DNA from: Octopus sinensis
Lineage: Eukaryota
Length of the DNA: 64,000 nt
Reading direction: 5' to 3'
Assembly: GCF_006345805.1 (NCBI RefSeq)
Contig: NC_043000.1
Span: 78,430,001 to 78,494,000, forward strand
Shown: positions 24,709-35,710 of the stretch, one piece after another
How positions within the stretch are numbered: the first letter of the stretch is position 1
Layout: the number at the start of each line of letters is the position of its first letter
Notes under the pieces: generated by a model
The model's database searches: none
What the model was told of the DNA's origin: nothing
The model's input: the letters and a program-made list of their open reading frames with translations, nothing else
Made by a program: the position numbers and the translations under genes

Positions 24709-25317
24709 AAAGTATCAGTGGGGAGGCGGGGCTCGTGGGGTCCGAGCTAAACCCGCACCCACTCCACCCGTAATGTCTTCCGTAATGTCTATTTTGTAAT
24801 TTCATGTAAATTTTAAAATTCGATTTATTGTAAAAACCCATTCGTGTGTCTGACCCCACATCAGATTGTATTGTCCCATCTATGTTCGCCCCTAGTGGGT
24901 AATAATAAAACAACCTGGAGGAAAGCACCTTCGAAAAGTGTCTTGGTGCTACTACGAAAGGTATCTAATCAGAGGCGGTAAATTCGCCACAATAGAACGT
25001 AGGACGTCCCGGAAAAAAAATTAAAAATGCCCCCCCCCCCCGAAGTAGAGGTAGGCTGGATTGTAGCCACACTTCTATACAAAAGGGAGGACAAGATACA
25101 ATTGATTGAAATTACAAGAGACGGGCTAACAATTCCAGTCTGTTATATATTTTGAGTATTGTTATCACTAGCGATATCAAGATATAACTTTGTATTTTGC
25201 ATTTTATGTGTAGATGTATATATATAGATGTACATGTAATATATACACATATATATATATACCCATATATACATGCACTAGCACTATGACCCGGCAACAA
25301 CGGGTCGTTAGTGCTTG

Positions 25318-25351
<34 letters not shown>

Positions 25352-25399
25352 ATATATATATACGTATATATATATACGTATATATATATATATATTGTA

Positions 25400-26225
25400 A
25401 GACCAAAGTTGTTAGTAAGAAAGAAGGTAAAACTCTCTTTCCATCAGGTAAACGGCCCTGCTCAATATGCAGAAAAAGAATTGAAAGAAATTCTATTCAT
25501 TGCACTCATTGTAAACTATGGACACATAAAAGTTGCAGTGGAATCCCAGATAGATTAACAGATAAAATCGTCTTGGTATGTGGCAGATGTGCAGGAACAA
25601 TAAGCACTAAGAGAACACGTGACTTACATTCTCTCAAATGTTCAGGAGGCTCTCTTGAGGTTCTAGATAGATTCTGTTACCTAAGTGACCAAATTAGCAA
25701 TAGTAGAGGATGCTCTGGAAGTATTGTTCCTAGAATAAGAATTGGGTGAAGGAAGTTTAGAGAGCTATTAACTCTGTTGGCAATAAAAGGACTCTCTCTC
25801 AAAGTGAAAGATAGACTATATGATGCTTGTGTGTGAACAGAAATACCTCATGGTAGTGAGACATGAGCTCTGAATGCAGAAGACATGTGTAGACTGGAGA
25901 GAAATGAAAGTAGTATGTGCTGTTTGATGTGCAACATCAGTGCACATGTACAGCAAAGTGCAAATGCATTGAGAGAAAAGTTGGGCATAAGAAGAATCAA
26001 ATGTAGCATGCAAGAGAGAAGGTTTGAACATGTGATGTGTATGAATGAGGACAGCTGCATAAAGAAGTGCTGATCACTAAAAGTGGATGGTACCTGTGGA
26101 AGAGGGGGAGAGCCAGGAAGACATGGGATGGAGTGGTAAGGACTGATCTCAGGATGTTGGATCACATGGAGGAAATGACAATGGATCGAGATGTCTGGTG
26201 ATATGAAGTCCTGAGTTCTAGAAGT
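25400..26225 (+). mobile_element. RTE-clade LINE, decayed 3' fragment with a Cys/His (PHD-like) motif
   Basis: [32 protein letters not shown]...LVCGRC, followed by a region resembling LEVVDRFCYL and an RGRPRKTW-like C-terminus. Homologous to 61060-61450. Confidence 0.7.
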
Positions 26226-26959
26226 GCTGTGTGTCCCACCCACACTTAACAAGAAAACTTCTCACAAACTCTACTACAAGACAAACTATGTCTCTACACC
26301 TCTTCTCTTCCTCACATTTCCACTTCATGCGCTATGCTTACCTCCCACTCCCCAATCCTGTCGTCTTGACTTTGTGCCATTGTATCATTGCTCTCCACTA
26401 GCCCCCAACCTATGTGTTCCACCCCCATGTAACAAGAAAACTTTTCACACATCCTACCCCATTTCCTCCTTCATACACTATACCTAGCTCTCACTCCCAA
26501 ATCCTGTCCTCATGGCCCTGTTCCTCTGTATCATTGCTAACCGGTAGCCCCCCCCACCGACTATATATATCTAGGTTTTCATGAATTGAACAGCAACTGC
26601 TAGCGGCCACTGACCACTCAAAATACAACAATCAAGGCACTCCCAAATCCCCCCCTTCCCCTCATCCTTCTTCCCTACCAAGAATTCACAAGACCTCAAC
26701 CTCAAACCCACAAGTGTAATCAAGAGAGACAGAGAAAGGCAGAAACAAGGAAAATGCTGCTTATATTTGAACACTATACAAATATTCTTTTAAAAAAACT
26801 TTTCTTTTAATCTTTCTAAATTTAATTATTTAATCGTTACAGTTGAAAAGGTCTCAAAATGACTGAAACCGGTATTGAAATGTTCTTTATAAAATTATTT
26901 TAGCATTTTCTATCTTGACTTGTTTTTTCATATATATCAACTCGTGTGTTCCTTTTCAT

Positions 26960-26968
26960 CCCTTTACA

Positions 26969-26999
<31 letters not shown>

Positions 27000-27004
27000 C
27001 ACAC

Positions 27005-27061
<57 letters not shown>

Positions 27062-27239
27062 TGTATATATATATATTATGTATATGTATATATATGTATA
27101 TGTATATATATGTATATGTATATATATGTATATATATATATATGTATATGTATATATATGTATATGTATATATGTATATGTATATATATATGTATATGTA
27201 TATATATATGTATATGTATATATATATAGTATATATATA

Positions 27240-27279
<40 letters not shown>

Positions 27280-27283
27280 GTAT

Positions 27284-27333
<50 letters not shown>

Positions 27334-27523
27334 GTATATGATATATATATATATAATATATATATATAATGTATATGTATATATATATATATATATGTTA
27401 TATGTATATATATATGTATATATGTATATGTATATATATGTATATATATATTATATGTATATATATAATGTATATGTATATATATATATATATATGTATT
27501 GTATATATATATACATATATATA

Positions 27524-27593
<70 letters not shown>

Positions 27594-27595
27594 AA
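26960..27595. repeat. Microsatellite block (CA)n/(TA)n/(TATATG)n
   Basis: Directly visible simple repeats. Confidence 0.97.
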
Positions 27596-27835
27596 GTTAA
27601 TCCAAACAAGAAAACACAGAAGAAAACACAGCAACGTGAGGACGTGGAACAATTAAAGTATTATTTGACGCTCGGGAAAGAAGGGAAGGAGGGTTTAACG
27701 TTTCGAGCGGAGCTCTTCGTCGGAAACAAGGAGAAGGAAAGATCCCAAGAAGGGAAGACAGAGGAAAAAAATATTTTTGCTGGTGTTGCTCAAGAGATCA
27801 CATGTTGAAAGAACAGAAGTTGAGAGGTAATTGAT
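27596..27835 (-). mobile_element. Penelope-like element terminal (pLTR-like) fragment
   Basis: Contains a hammerhead-like motif on the minus strand, on the same strand as and downstream of the Penelope-like RT fragment at 28603-29780. Confidence 0.55.
27661..27729 (-). ncRNA. Type I hammerhead ribozyme motif (variant core CCGACGA)
   Basis: The reverse complement reads TTGTTT-CCGACGA-A-GAGC(TCC)GCTC-GAAA-CG...CGTC-AAATAA, giving stem I, core, stem II, GAAA, stem III and a GUC cleavage triplet. Confidence 0.55.
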
Positions 27836-27859
27836 TTTTAAAAATAAGAGAGTTTCAAA

Positions 27860-28602
27860 GACAAGGAATGTGTGTGGGTGCGTGTGTGTGCAAGGATGAC
27901 AAGTGTGTTTGTGCGTGCGTGCGTGTGTGTGTGTGTGTATGTATGGAGAATAATAGGCATAGCAAGCTAGCTGTCATAAAGGAGTGGCACTTGTTGTATC
28001 CAGCCAGGTCAAAAAACAAAGGGGTATATGTGTGTGCGTGTAAGTATATGTATCATGTGTGTGTGTTGTTTGTAGTGTGTGTGTGTGCATGTGTGTGTTC
28101 GTGTGTGTATGCATAGAGTTTGGGTGTGTGGCGAGTAACTGTGCTTAACCTAGTGTATGTGTGCGTGTGTGCTTGTACGTGCGTGTGTGTAGGGATGTAT
28201 GTGTGGGTTCATTTGTGTGAGTGTGTATGTATGTACGTGTATGTGTGTGCGTGTATGTGTGCGTGTGCGGATAGGTGTATATTGTGTATGTATATCTGTC
28301 GGTGTGTATGTGAGTTTGTGTGTGTTTATACGTGTGTATGTGTGTGTGCGTGTATAGTATATATATGTAAATGTGTGTGTGTGTGTGTACGTACGTGCGA
28401 GTGAATGTATGTATATATGTGTGCGTGTGTGTACAATGTAGAGGCTTATATGTGTGTTTATATGTTTATATGTGTGTATGTATGTATGTTTGTAAGTGTG
28501 TGTGTGTATGTATGTGTATGTATGTATGTGTGCATGCGTGTATGTGTGTGTGTATGTATATATGTATATGTATGTGTATGTATGTATCTATGTATGTGTG
28601 TA
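27860..28602. repeat. Degenerate (TG)n/(TATG)n microsatellite block
   Basis: Directly visible simple repeats. Confidence 0.95.
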
Positions 28603-29780
28603 CAAACCTTTGTCCGCCGGTTTGATGACAATGTTATTGCGGCGACGGAGGTGGCGAAGAGCAACCAATTCAGCCTGTGTAAGGTTGTCTCGGAGAGGTC
28701 TTTTTTTAAAGTTAAACCGGTTTACCTACGCGTTGCAGTCGTTCACAAACGAATCTAGGCTACTGAATTGGCTCGGGGGCGGCGTCCAGTTGGATGGGCG
28801 GCGCCCCAGCTCCAAAAAGCAATCCTGATTGTCGTGACGCTGCGGAGACGCGTGGAAGAAGGCGCAAAGTTTGAGGCGGCGCATGAACTGGTTGACGTCC
28901 GTCCGAGTCTCGAATTTGTCACAGTGGCGCGTGTATAGTGACAACAGTGCGAGGAAGCGGGGTGGGGGGATGAGTGGGGTCAAGAAGAGGGGGTGCAGAG
29001 GTGTGGGGAGGAGAGTTGGGGTGGTTGGGTGAAGATGGGGTAGGCGTAGAAAGGTCAGGGTGGGGTGTGTGTTGGTCCGTGGAGGGGGAAGAGGGAGGGG
29101 TGGAGAGAGTCGAGGGAGCTGGAGGGGAGGATGTGGAGGAGAGGGGAGGGGAAGGAGGTGAAGGGTTGAGGATGTGGTGGAGTTTTTTGTTTTTTGTGTG
29201 TGTGAGGAAATTGTGAAGCTGGTGGTTGAGGTTAAGAATGAAGCGGAGAATAGGTTGGGTGAAGAGTGGCGGGCAGAGGGAGGAGAGAAGGAGGTAAGCT
29301 TGGGGAAGTAGGTGGTCAAAGGAGTGAAGGAGAGAGCGGGTGGAACGGATGGTAGCACGGATGAGGAGGCGGGAAGTGCGGGCGAGGGTGGGTTCGATGA
29401 AGGGGGAGGAATAGGGGGTGGCATGGAACTTCAAGAGGAAGCCACGGGGTGTGACGTGATAGCGGAGGCAACGGCTGAGGAAGGAGAGATGGCTAGAGTG
29501 GTGAGTTTCTTTAAAAAGTAAGTGAGAAAGTTTTTTTGCGGGTTGTAAGCATTGGGGGGGGGAAGCGAGAAAGTGGCTAAGAAGGGATTGAAGGTGTTGG
29601 ACGAACGAGTGCAAGTCAGGCATGTTGGGAAGTGGTGAATGTGTATGTAGGTGTAAGTGGTGATGACACAAGTGGAAGAATGGAGGTGGAAGAAGAAAAG
29701 TAAAGAAGGAAAAGTACAGGGAGATAAGTTCAGGAAAAAAGTTCAGGAGAAAGTTAAATAAGAGTCACGGACAGATTCTT
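28603..29780 (-). mobile_element. Penelope-like retroelement, N-terminal part of the RT ORF, truncated
   Basis: Minus-strand translation gives HLSFLSRC...TPRGF, DVNQFMRRLKLCAFF...SNWTPP...LDSFV and DNLTQAELVALRHLRRRNNIVIKPADKG. The NL-x3-E-x2-AL...IKPADKG signature precedes Penelope-like RTs. Confidence 0.8.
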
Positions 29781-30124
29781 CTGATTTCCAATCACGATTT
29801 CAGTGGCGTACTCCGGAAGGATGGTAACAGTAATCCGTAGGTGTAAAAAACCCAGCAAATGTAAAATAGATGCAATGTGTAAGTTTCTTATGTTACTAAC
29901 CTTATCATAAATACTCTGATGTGAGGTGACATCTCTTTATAGTGAGAACATTTTGCCCAGCTGACCTCCCAAATGCTGTGTGGGATCAGAATGAGAAGTC
30001 TAGTATATCCAGTCAGATGGAATAATATCATCAACCACAGACAATATTAAATCTCAAATACAACGATGCTAAATTATTGTATTGATTGTGGAATATATTT
30101 TTATAGCAATTGCAAAATGATATT

Positions 30125-30325
30125 GGTTTCAAATTTTGGCATAAGATCATCAATTTCGGGGAGGGGATAAGTTGGTTACATTGACCCCAGTGCTCAACCG
30201 ATACTTATTTTATTGACCCCGAAATGATGAAAGGCAAAGTTGACCTCAGTAGAATTTGAATTCAGAACATGCAGATGGATGAAATACTAAGCATATTGTC
30301 CACTTTGCTAATAATCCTGTCAGCT
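30125..30325. mobile_element. Abundant octopus-type SINE-like repeat (decayed)
   Basis: TACTTATTTTATTGACCCCGAAATGATGAAAGGCAAAGTTGACCTC...GAATTTGAA is recalled as a high-copy Octopus repeat; not verified by search. Confidence 0.55.
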
Positions 30326-30489
30326 TGCTACCTTCAGTTTCAAAAAATGATATTAACCATGTAATATATTAAGGCACACTGCTATTTTAACAGTGTATAT
30401 GAATGTTAGCTTTAGGTCAGCTCTAGTCCATTAGACCTATGATGGAAGGCATTCCTGTTGTGACCATTCCATTGTTTTCCAAATCACAA

Positions 30490-30560
30490 TCATCATCATC
30501 ATTTAACATCTATCTTCCATGTAGGATGGTTGACAGGTGCTTGTCAGGTAGAAAATATAC
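30490..30560 (-). mobile_element. RTE-type 3' tail fragment ending in (GAT)n
   Basis: Reverse-complement similarity to the tail at 61690-61745 (CATGGAAAACGGACGTTAA...(GAT)n). Confidence 0.45.
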
Positions 30561-31999
30561 CAAAGGGTACTGTGTTTGTTTTGGCAGTACATTTGACTAC
30601 ATTAGCCATTTGCTTTTCTTTTCCATCTTGGTAGGATGTGTTGAGGAAATTTGGCAGGTGTTTCTAGAAACTCAAATGACCAAATTTTTGTTAATGCTTG
30701 TATATGGAAAAATTTTAGCTGCAATTAACAAAAACAATATACATGTTTAAGATCATACTATACTATATTCACTTTCTGTTTATTTCTTGTTTGTTTAAAG
30801 CAAGCACAATGATGGCCACATAGCAACTTTCCTCACTATTCATAAAGATCTTTTAAACTGCTGGAGTTGGGGGATCAAGAGTAGTTAAGGCAGTGGTGCA
30901 CTATAATCTAGTTTATTTCTCCAAATTTGTAAATGACTTGGTTAGTACTTTAGCCCTCATCTGTCCAAAGCTGTATTTGATCGCCATGTTCTTGTTCTCT
31001 GTTGTATGTCCTCTACTGAGGCTATGGTGCTTCTGAGCCATGAGGAAGGGCTTCAATAGCAGAGTTTTCTGTATCATTTGGAGGGAAGTTGTTCTCAAAC
31101 TTCTCTATCCAAAACTGAGTTAAAAGATATTTTTTTTATTTCTTAATAGTACATGCTACAATAATGGACTAGGTTTATTAAAAATTGAATGAAAAGTGAA
31201 TCTAACAGTTTTCAGCATGTTCTTAAATGGTTAGAATGATTCTTCTTTCATGTGTTGCATTGATGTGTTTTCAGTTGTTCAACCATCTCAAAACTTATTG
31301 AATTAGTGGGTGAATGCTTGAATATTCCACAGAAACATGTACACTTTATGTAATAGTCAGGCAGAATCAGCATGACTTAGTCCTCTGAATTACAAGTACA
31401 ATCCACTTGATTGGCTTCCATAGTTAACCCAAGACTATGAGAAAAGATGCCATATAGTGGCATTGAACCTAGGAATTCTTCGTAATCATTTGACATTCTG
31501 TGTCCAAGATGTAATTTTTTAAATTTCAACATGTGGTCTCGTATTAAACTCCTTGCTAAACAAGTACAACACTAAAATTTATGAAACAGAATGCTGATAA
31601 TTAATGAAACATTTTTGATGAATGACAAATGCATTAAGTATCAGTAAGAAGTCGTCTGATGAATCATTTGTATAATAAATTAGTTGTTGTGATGAGTTAT
31701 CTGAAGTGCTTGTTTTGTTTCTTTGATGTATAAAAAGAATAGGTTCAAACTGGGAATAAATATAGCAATAACACAGAACAATTTATTCATAGCATCCAGC
31801 ATAGATGTTGTAGCATAGATATTGGTATTTATCTCGTATCATTAGTATTTAGTAACATATATGTAATTATATATTTGTAAGTGAATTGTGTTATGATTAT
31901 AGATGCATAATTTTCTAATCACACACCTGATAACTGGCATATTATTACATATTTGTAATTGCGTGTGTAATTGTCACACTTTTGATTGCACTTAGCTCT

Positions 32000-32165
32000 A
32001 GCTATTTACATATGAAGCCAAGAAAGCAGCCTCTACATGAAAATAACTGTCAAATCACCCTCAAACTACACCCTACCATCTTAAAGAAGGGCATGATATC
32101 TGTTTGATAAAAAGTTAGGATGGTCACAGCTGGAATGCCATTGTTCATAGGTTTGCTCAGTTAAA
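32000..32165. repeat. Short interspersed repeat; a partial inverted copy lies at ~30430-30470
   Basis: GGATGGTCACAGCTGGAATGCCATTGTTCATAG here versus CTATGATGGAAGGCATTCCTGTTGTGACCATTCC on the opposite strand. Confidence 0.45.
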
Positions 32166-33084
32166 AATAAACAACTCTGACAACTGTATGCATTTAGAAA
32201 CACATTGACTTTGATGCATGAAGAATGGAAATTACAGAGTTCAGGCATTCAGTCCAAAAGGCCGATCTCTTGGTTTCCCTGTTTATGACACATTTTGTAT
32301 TGGTAAAGATGTTTCTCCTGTCAATGTTGCTATTAACAGACATGATAATATTGTTGTTCTATTGACTGGAGAAAAATTTGCTGAAGTTCGGGTATGAGTG
32401 GAATCCAGAAGTTTAAACTGATTATTCAAGTTCAAATAAAATATATATGTTTTATTTTCATGTTAATTATTTAGTTTTCTTTTCTTTTCTCTCTGTATCT
32501 TCTATTTATTCATCTTTCCTTCATTATCTCTTTCACTCTTTTCTTATCTCGTTGTTCTTTTTTAATTTTTTCTATCTTATATTTTATTCTTCCATCATTT
32601 TTAATAAATGACAGCAACATCTATTGACAATATCATTCAACTATATGTATGTATAGCAAGTAACACAGTCATTCAAGCATATATGAGTGTGTTACATAGA
32701 CATGGCCACTCAGCTAAATTTGAAAGTTTGTGTGTATTTTACACCTCTGGCAATACCGCTCACCTATATTTATATAAGCAACACTGTTTGCCAATGTATA
32801 CACACACACTCACACATACATACACACACAAGTGAATCAAAATCAACAAAAGCCAAAAGGATGTACACAATGAATGTATTAGATTACTCAGTTTAAAATG
32901 GAAAAAAGAGCAGGATGTGATGTTTCGAGCATGGCTCTTAATCAGAAAGAAGAAAAAAGAAAGGTCTTGGAGAGAAGGAAAAGAATACTCCAAATAAAGC
33001 ATGTCTGTGATTATACAGCTGTGTGTGTGTGTTACACAAGTGATAATACCATTCAATCATGTCTCACAAGGCAATGTTACTCAG

Positions 33085-33140
33085 TTATCATCATCATCAT
33101 CATCATCGTTTAACGTCCATTCTCCATGCTAGCATGGGAT
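33085..33140 (-). mobile_element. RTE-type 3' tail fragment ending in (GAT)n
   Basis: (TCA)n-TCGTTTAACGTCCATTCTCCATGCTAGCATGGG closely matches the reverse complement of the 61690-61745 tail. Confidence 0.6.
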
Positions 33141-34299
33141 TTGTGTATTACGCAATTGACAATGCAATGGTTATTCAGCTTGAATAATCACTTGAGCTGA
33201 TACCCCATTCGCACTTCTTGTCATCCCACCACAATGATTCAGCTGTCAAGTCCTTTTTTTTTTTTTTTTTTTTTCACCTCAACTTAATTCTTATTCTTGA
33301 AAACCTCACTTACTGATGTTTGACCTGATCATAAATTGTTAATCTCACCATGAGGGTCACGAAGCCTGTCCCTTTTCCCTGAATAACCTATGAAACAAAT
33401 TCTGCAATGGTGGCCCACATCAAATAGGTTGACAGGACTTTGATGATGATATGATTGTCTGCTAGACGAGAGCTAAGTTTATGGATTTTCCTGAAGCTTT
33501 CATTATTTCTTTGATCTATCATTGATCTGCTAAATTAGAGATGAAATTCAGCTGTCAAAAGCAGTATGACACATGCAAACATTCACTTCTAAAGTTCTGG
33601 CTCATTGCTGTATAGAAAATAATGTTGTAACTATTGTAGTATTAAAGGAAACCTGCTTGTGGTGATAACAAATAGACTTCATCCCTCACCTCATTCTCAT
33701 CTTTCTATTTTATATCTACACAAGTTATAAAAATAATCAAATATTTTAACTAAGTATAACTTGATGCTAGTCTGTCAGGTGCACAAATAATGGATTTCTG
33801 TGTAAATATCTGCTTTAAGTATTCCTTACGATCAATAAATATTTCCCTATATATTTTCTGGTATAACAATAGCTGTCATTGTTTTACTAAGGGATACTTT
33901 AGTCATGACATTGGTGGTAGCATGACAAAATGCATCCCAGCCCATGTTGTTAAGTGGTAGTTAAAAGAAACCATAGTCATAAATGACATGTCAAAATAAC
34001 AACAAAAATCTGTGTTAAATACATCAGATATCAGCTATTTTCTCATTATTGTCAGTGTATGTAATAGACACACCCACCAATGCCACAATGGAAAACAGGC
34101 ATAAAAAGATGATGAGTTGCTTCAATTCATGTGTTTGTTGCTGCTGTTGTACTGAAAACCAAGAATAGCTGCAGCAGTAGAACCAGTTCCCAATATATAT
34201 ATTGAGCAAATCAGTAATAAGTGACAAAGTCAAATACATAATACAAGAAAAGTCTAAGGACTTTTACAGTCAATATCATTAGGCTGGCATTGAAAGAAA

Positions 34300-35710
34300 G
34301 AGAAAACTCCAGTTAGTAAGAATATTTGGAGAACAATATCAGAAGTCTAGGAAGATATTGGCAAACAAACAATAGCTTTTAGGTGCATGTCAATCAAAAA
34401 CCAAGGCATCAAAATGGTGAAGCACCCAAGTATAAAGCAACTTACGAGAAATATAGGTGGACATAGACTTGGTCACATGTGCCCAGCAATTTGGCACCTT
34501 CTGAATTTAATTCCTGAAGGTGACTTACATAATAAAGCATTCTGTTGACCCTTGTATGAATGAGGAATTTGTTCAAATTCCCACACATATCTGGGAAAAT
34601 GGATACTGAAGGGAAAGATACCTGGTGTGCCACTTGAGCTGGGCATCTGTTGAGTTGTTTGCTGATAGTGTGGTGGGGTGGAGGTGGGGGTGGGGCAAGG
34701 TCACTGTCTTCAACGCTAAATAATATAGGCAGGAAAATTGATCTGGAAAACTATTACAGGTGAAACGATAACGTTTGGAAAAGATTACGAATGAGACAGA
34801 ACTGAAGGATGAAACCCAGTGGCTCATATGTTGTAATTTAAGCCAACTGGGAGCCTTCTGCTCACAACAGAAGGTGAAGGCTGTCCCCAATGCTTCTGAC
34901 ACCACAAAGAACAACTACAGCAGTGTACAACAATAACAAGAACAACAGCTTCAATAGCAAATTCAAGAAGATACAAGAACAAAAGCAGCAGTAGCAGCAA
35001 ACATAGCAGCACTAACGAATACAGCAGCATAGTAATAAGGGTGATGCTCTACCCTCACCCCCAGAAATGCTCCTCCCCTTCTTCACCTCAAACTCTCCAA
35101 CTTGGAGACTTTGTTGTGTGATGAAGGATGAAATGAAAAAAAAAACCAAAAAAAAAAAAACCCCAGAAGAAAACGATGTTCCTCTCAATTATGGAAAGTA
35201 TGAAGAAGCAATAGCTCCCTTCAAACATTCATTCACATCGTCAACATCAACACCACTGGCACAACCATCCAAATCTGCACTCAAATCATCATCACTATTA
35301 TCATTAACATGAAAATACTCAAAGACAGCAGCTAGAAGAAAATAAAACAAAAGCAAAAACGAAAACACAAATGCAATATAAAATAAATTGCAAAAAAACA
35401 TCAGCTAAATGTACAAAACGTAAGTTCCATCAACTTCATTCATTATATGGCTCAACACAGAAAAAAAATACCAAACACAAGGAAAGGTTCCGTCGAATTT
35501 GAAGCCAAAAACACTGCACTGTCGATATATACTGAAGATGTCAGCAAACGTATGCAAAATATTGCTGGGAAAATTGTGGTCGGTTCAGAAGCAAAATAGC
35601 TTGATAAAGGTCATTAGATCGATAGATATACATGTGATAACAATCAGCGAAACCAGGATTTCCTCAGGGGTCGGGAAATCTTCCTGGGAACGTTTTGTTC
35701 TTTAATACTT
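34300..35710 (+). mobile_element. Highly decayed Tx1-like relic (ORF1 remnants and the first ~50 codons of ORF2)
   Basis: HTYLGKWILKGKIPGVPLE resembles PSYKGRRGVRVKIPNIPPE. After a low-complexity tract, LKMSANVC...KQNSLIKVIRSIDIHVITISETRIS resembles LKLGCV...KQGYLLNDIKSLDVDIVAISETRLS of the B elements. Confidence 0.5.

Larger units (their letters stand above)
20444..24918 (+). mobile_element. Tx1-like non-LTR retrotransposon, family T, copy T3, more diverged, with three internal deletions
   Basis: Relative to T1/T2: ~13 nt missing at ~22800, 501 nt missing in frame at ~23189 (N-terminal RT region) and ~242 nt missing at ~24708 (ORF2 C-terminus). It also has more substitutions. Confidence 0.92.

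Noticed and set aside
447-24918. CRISPR-like or prokaryotic system
   Set aside because: The repeat units are kilobase-scale retroelements with no spacers or cas genes, and the context is animal genomic DNA.
26915-28758. ORFs rich in Y/I/M/C/V
   Set aside because: They are translations of microsatellites.
30330-34290. Host-gene exons in the AT-rich interval
   Set aside because: No recognisable protein motif or consistent exon chain; small exons cannot be excluded without RNA data.
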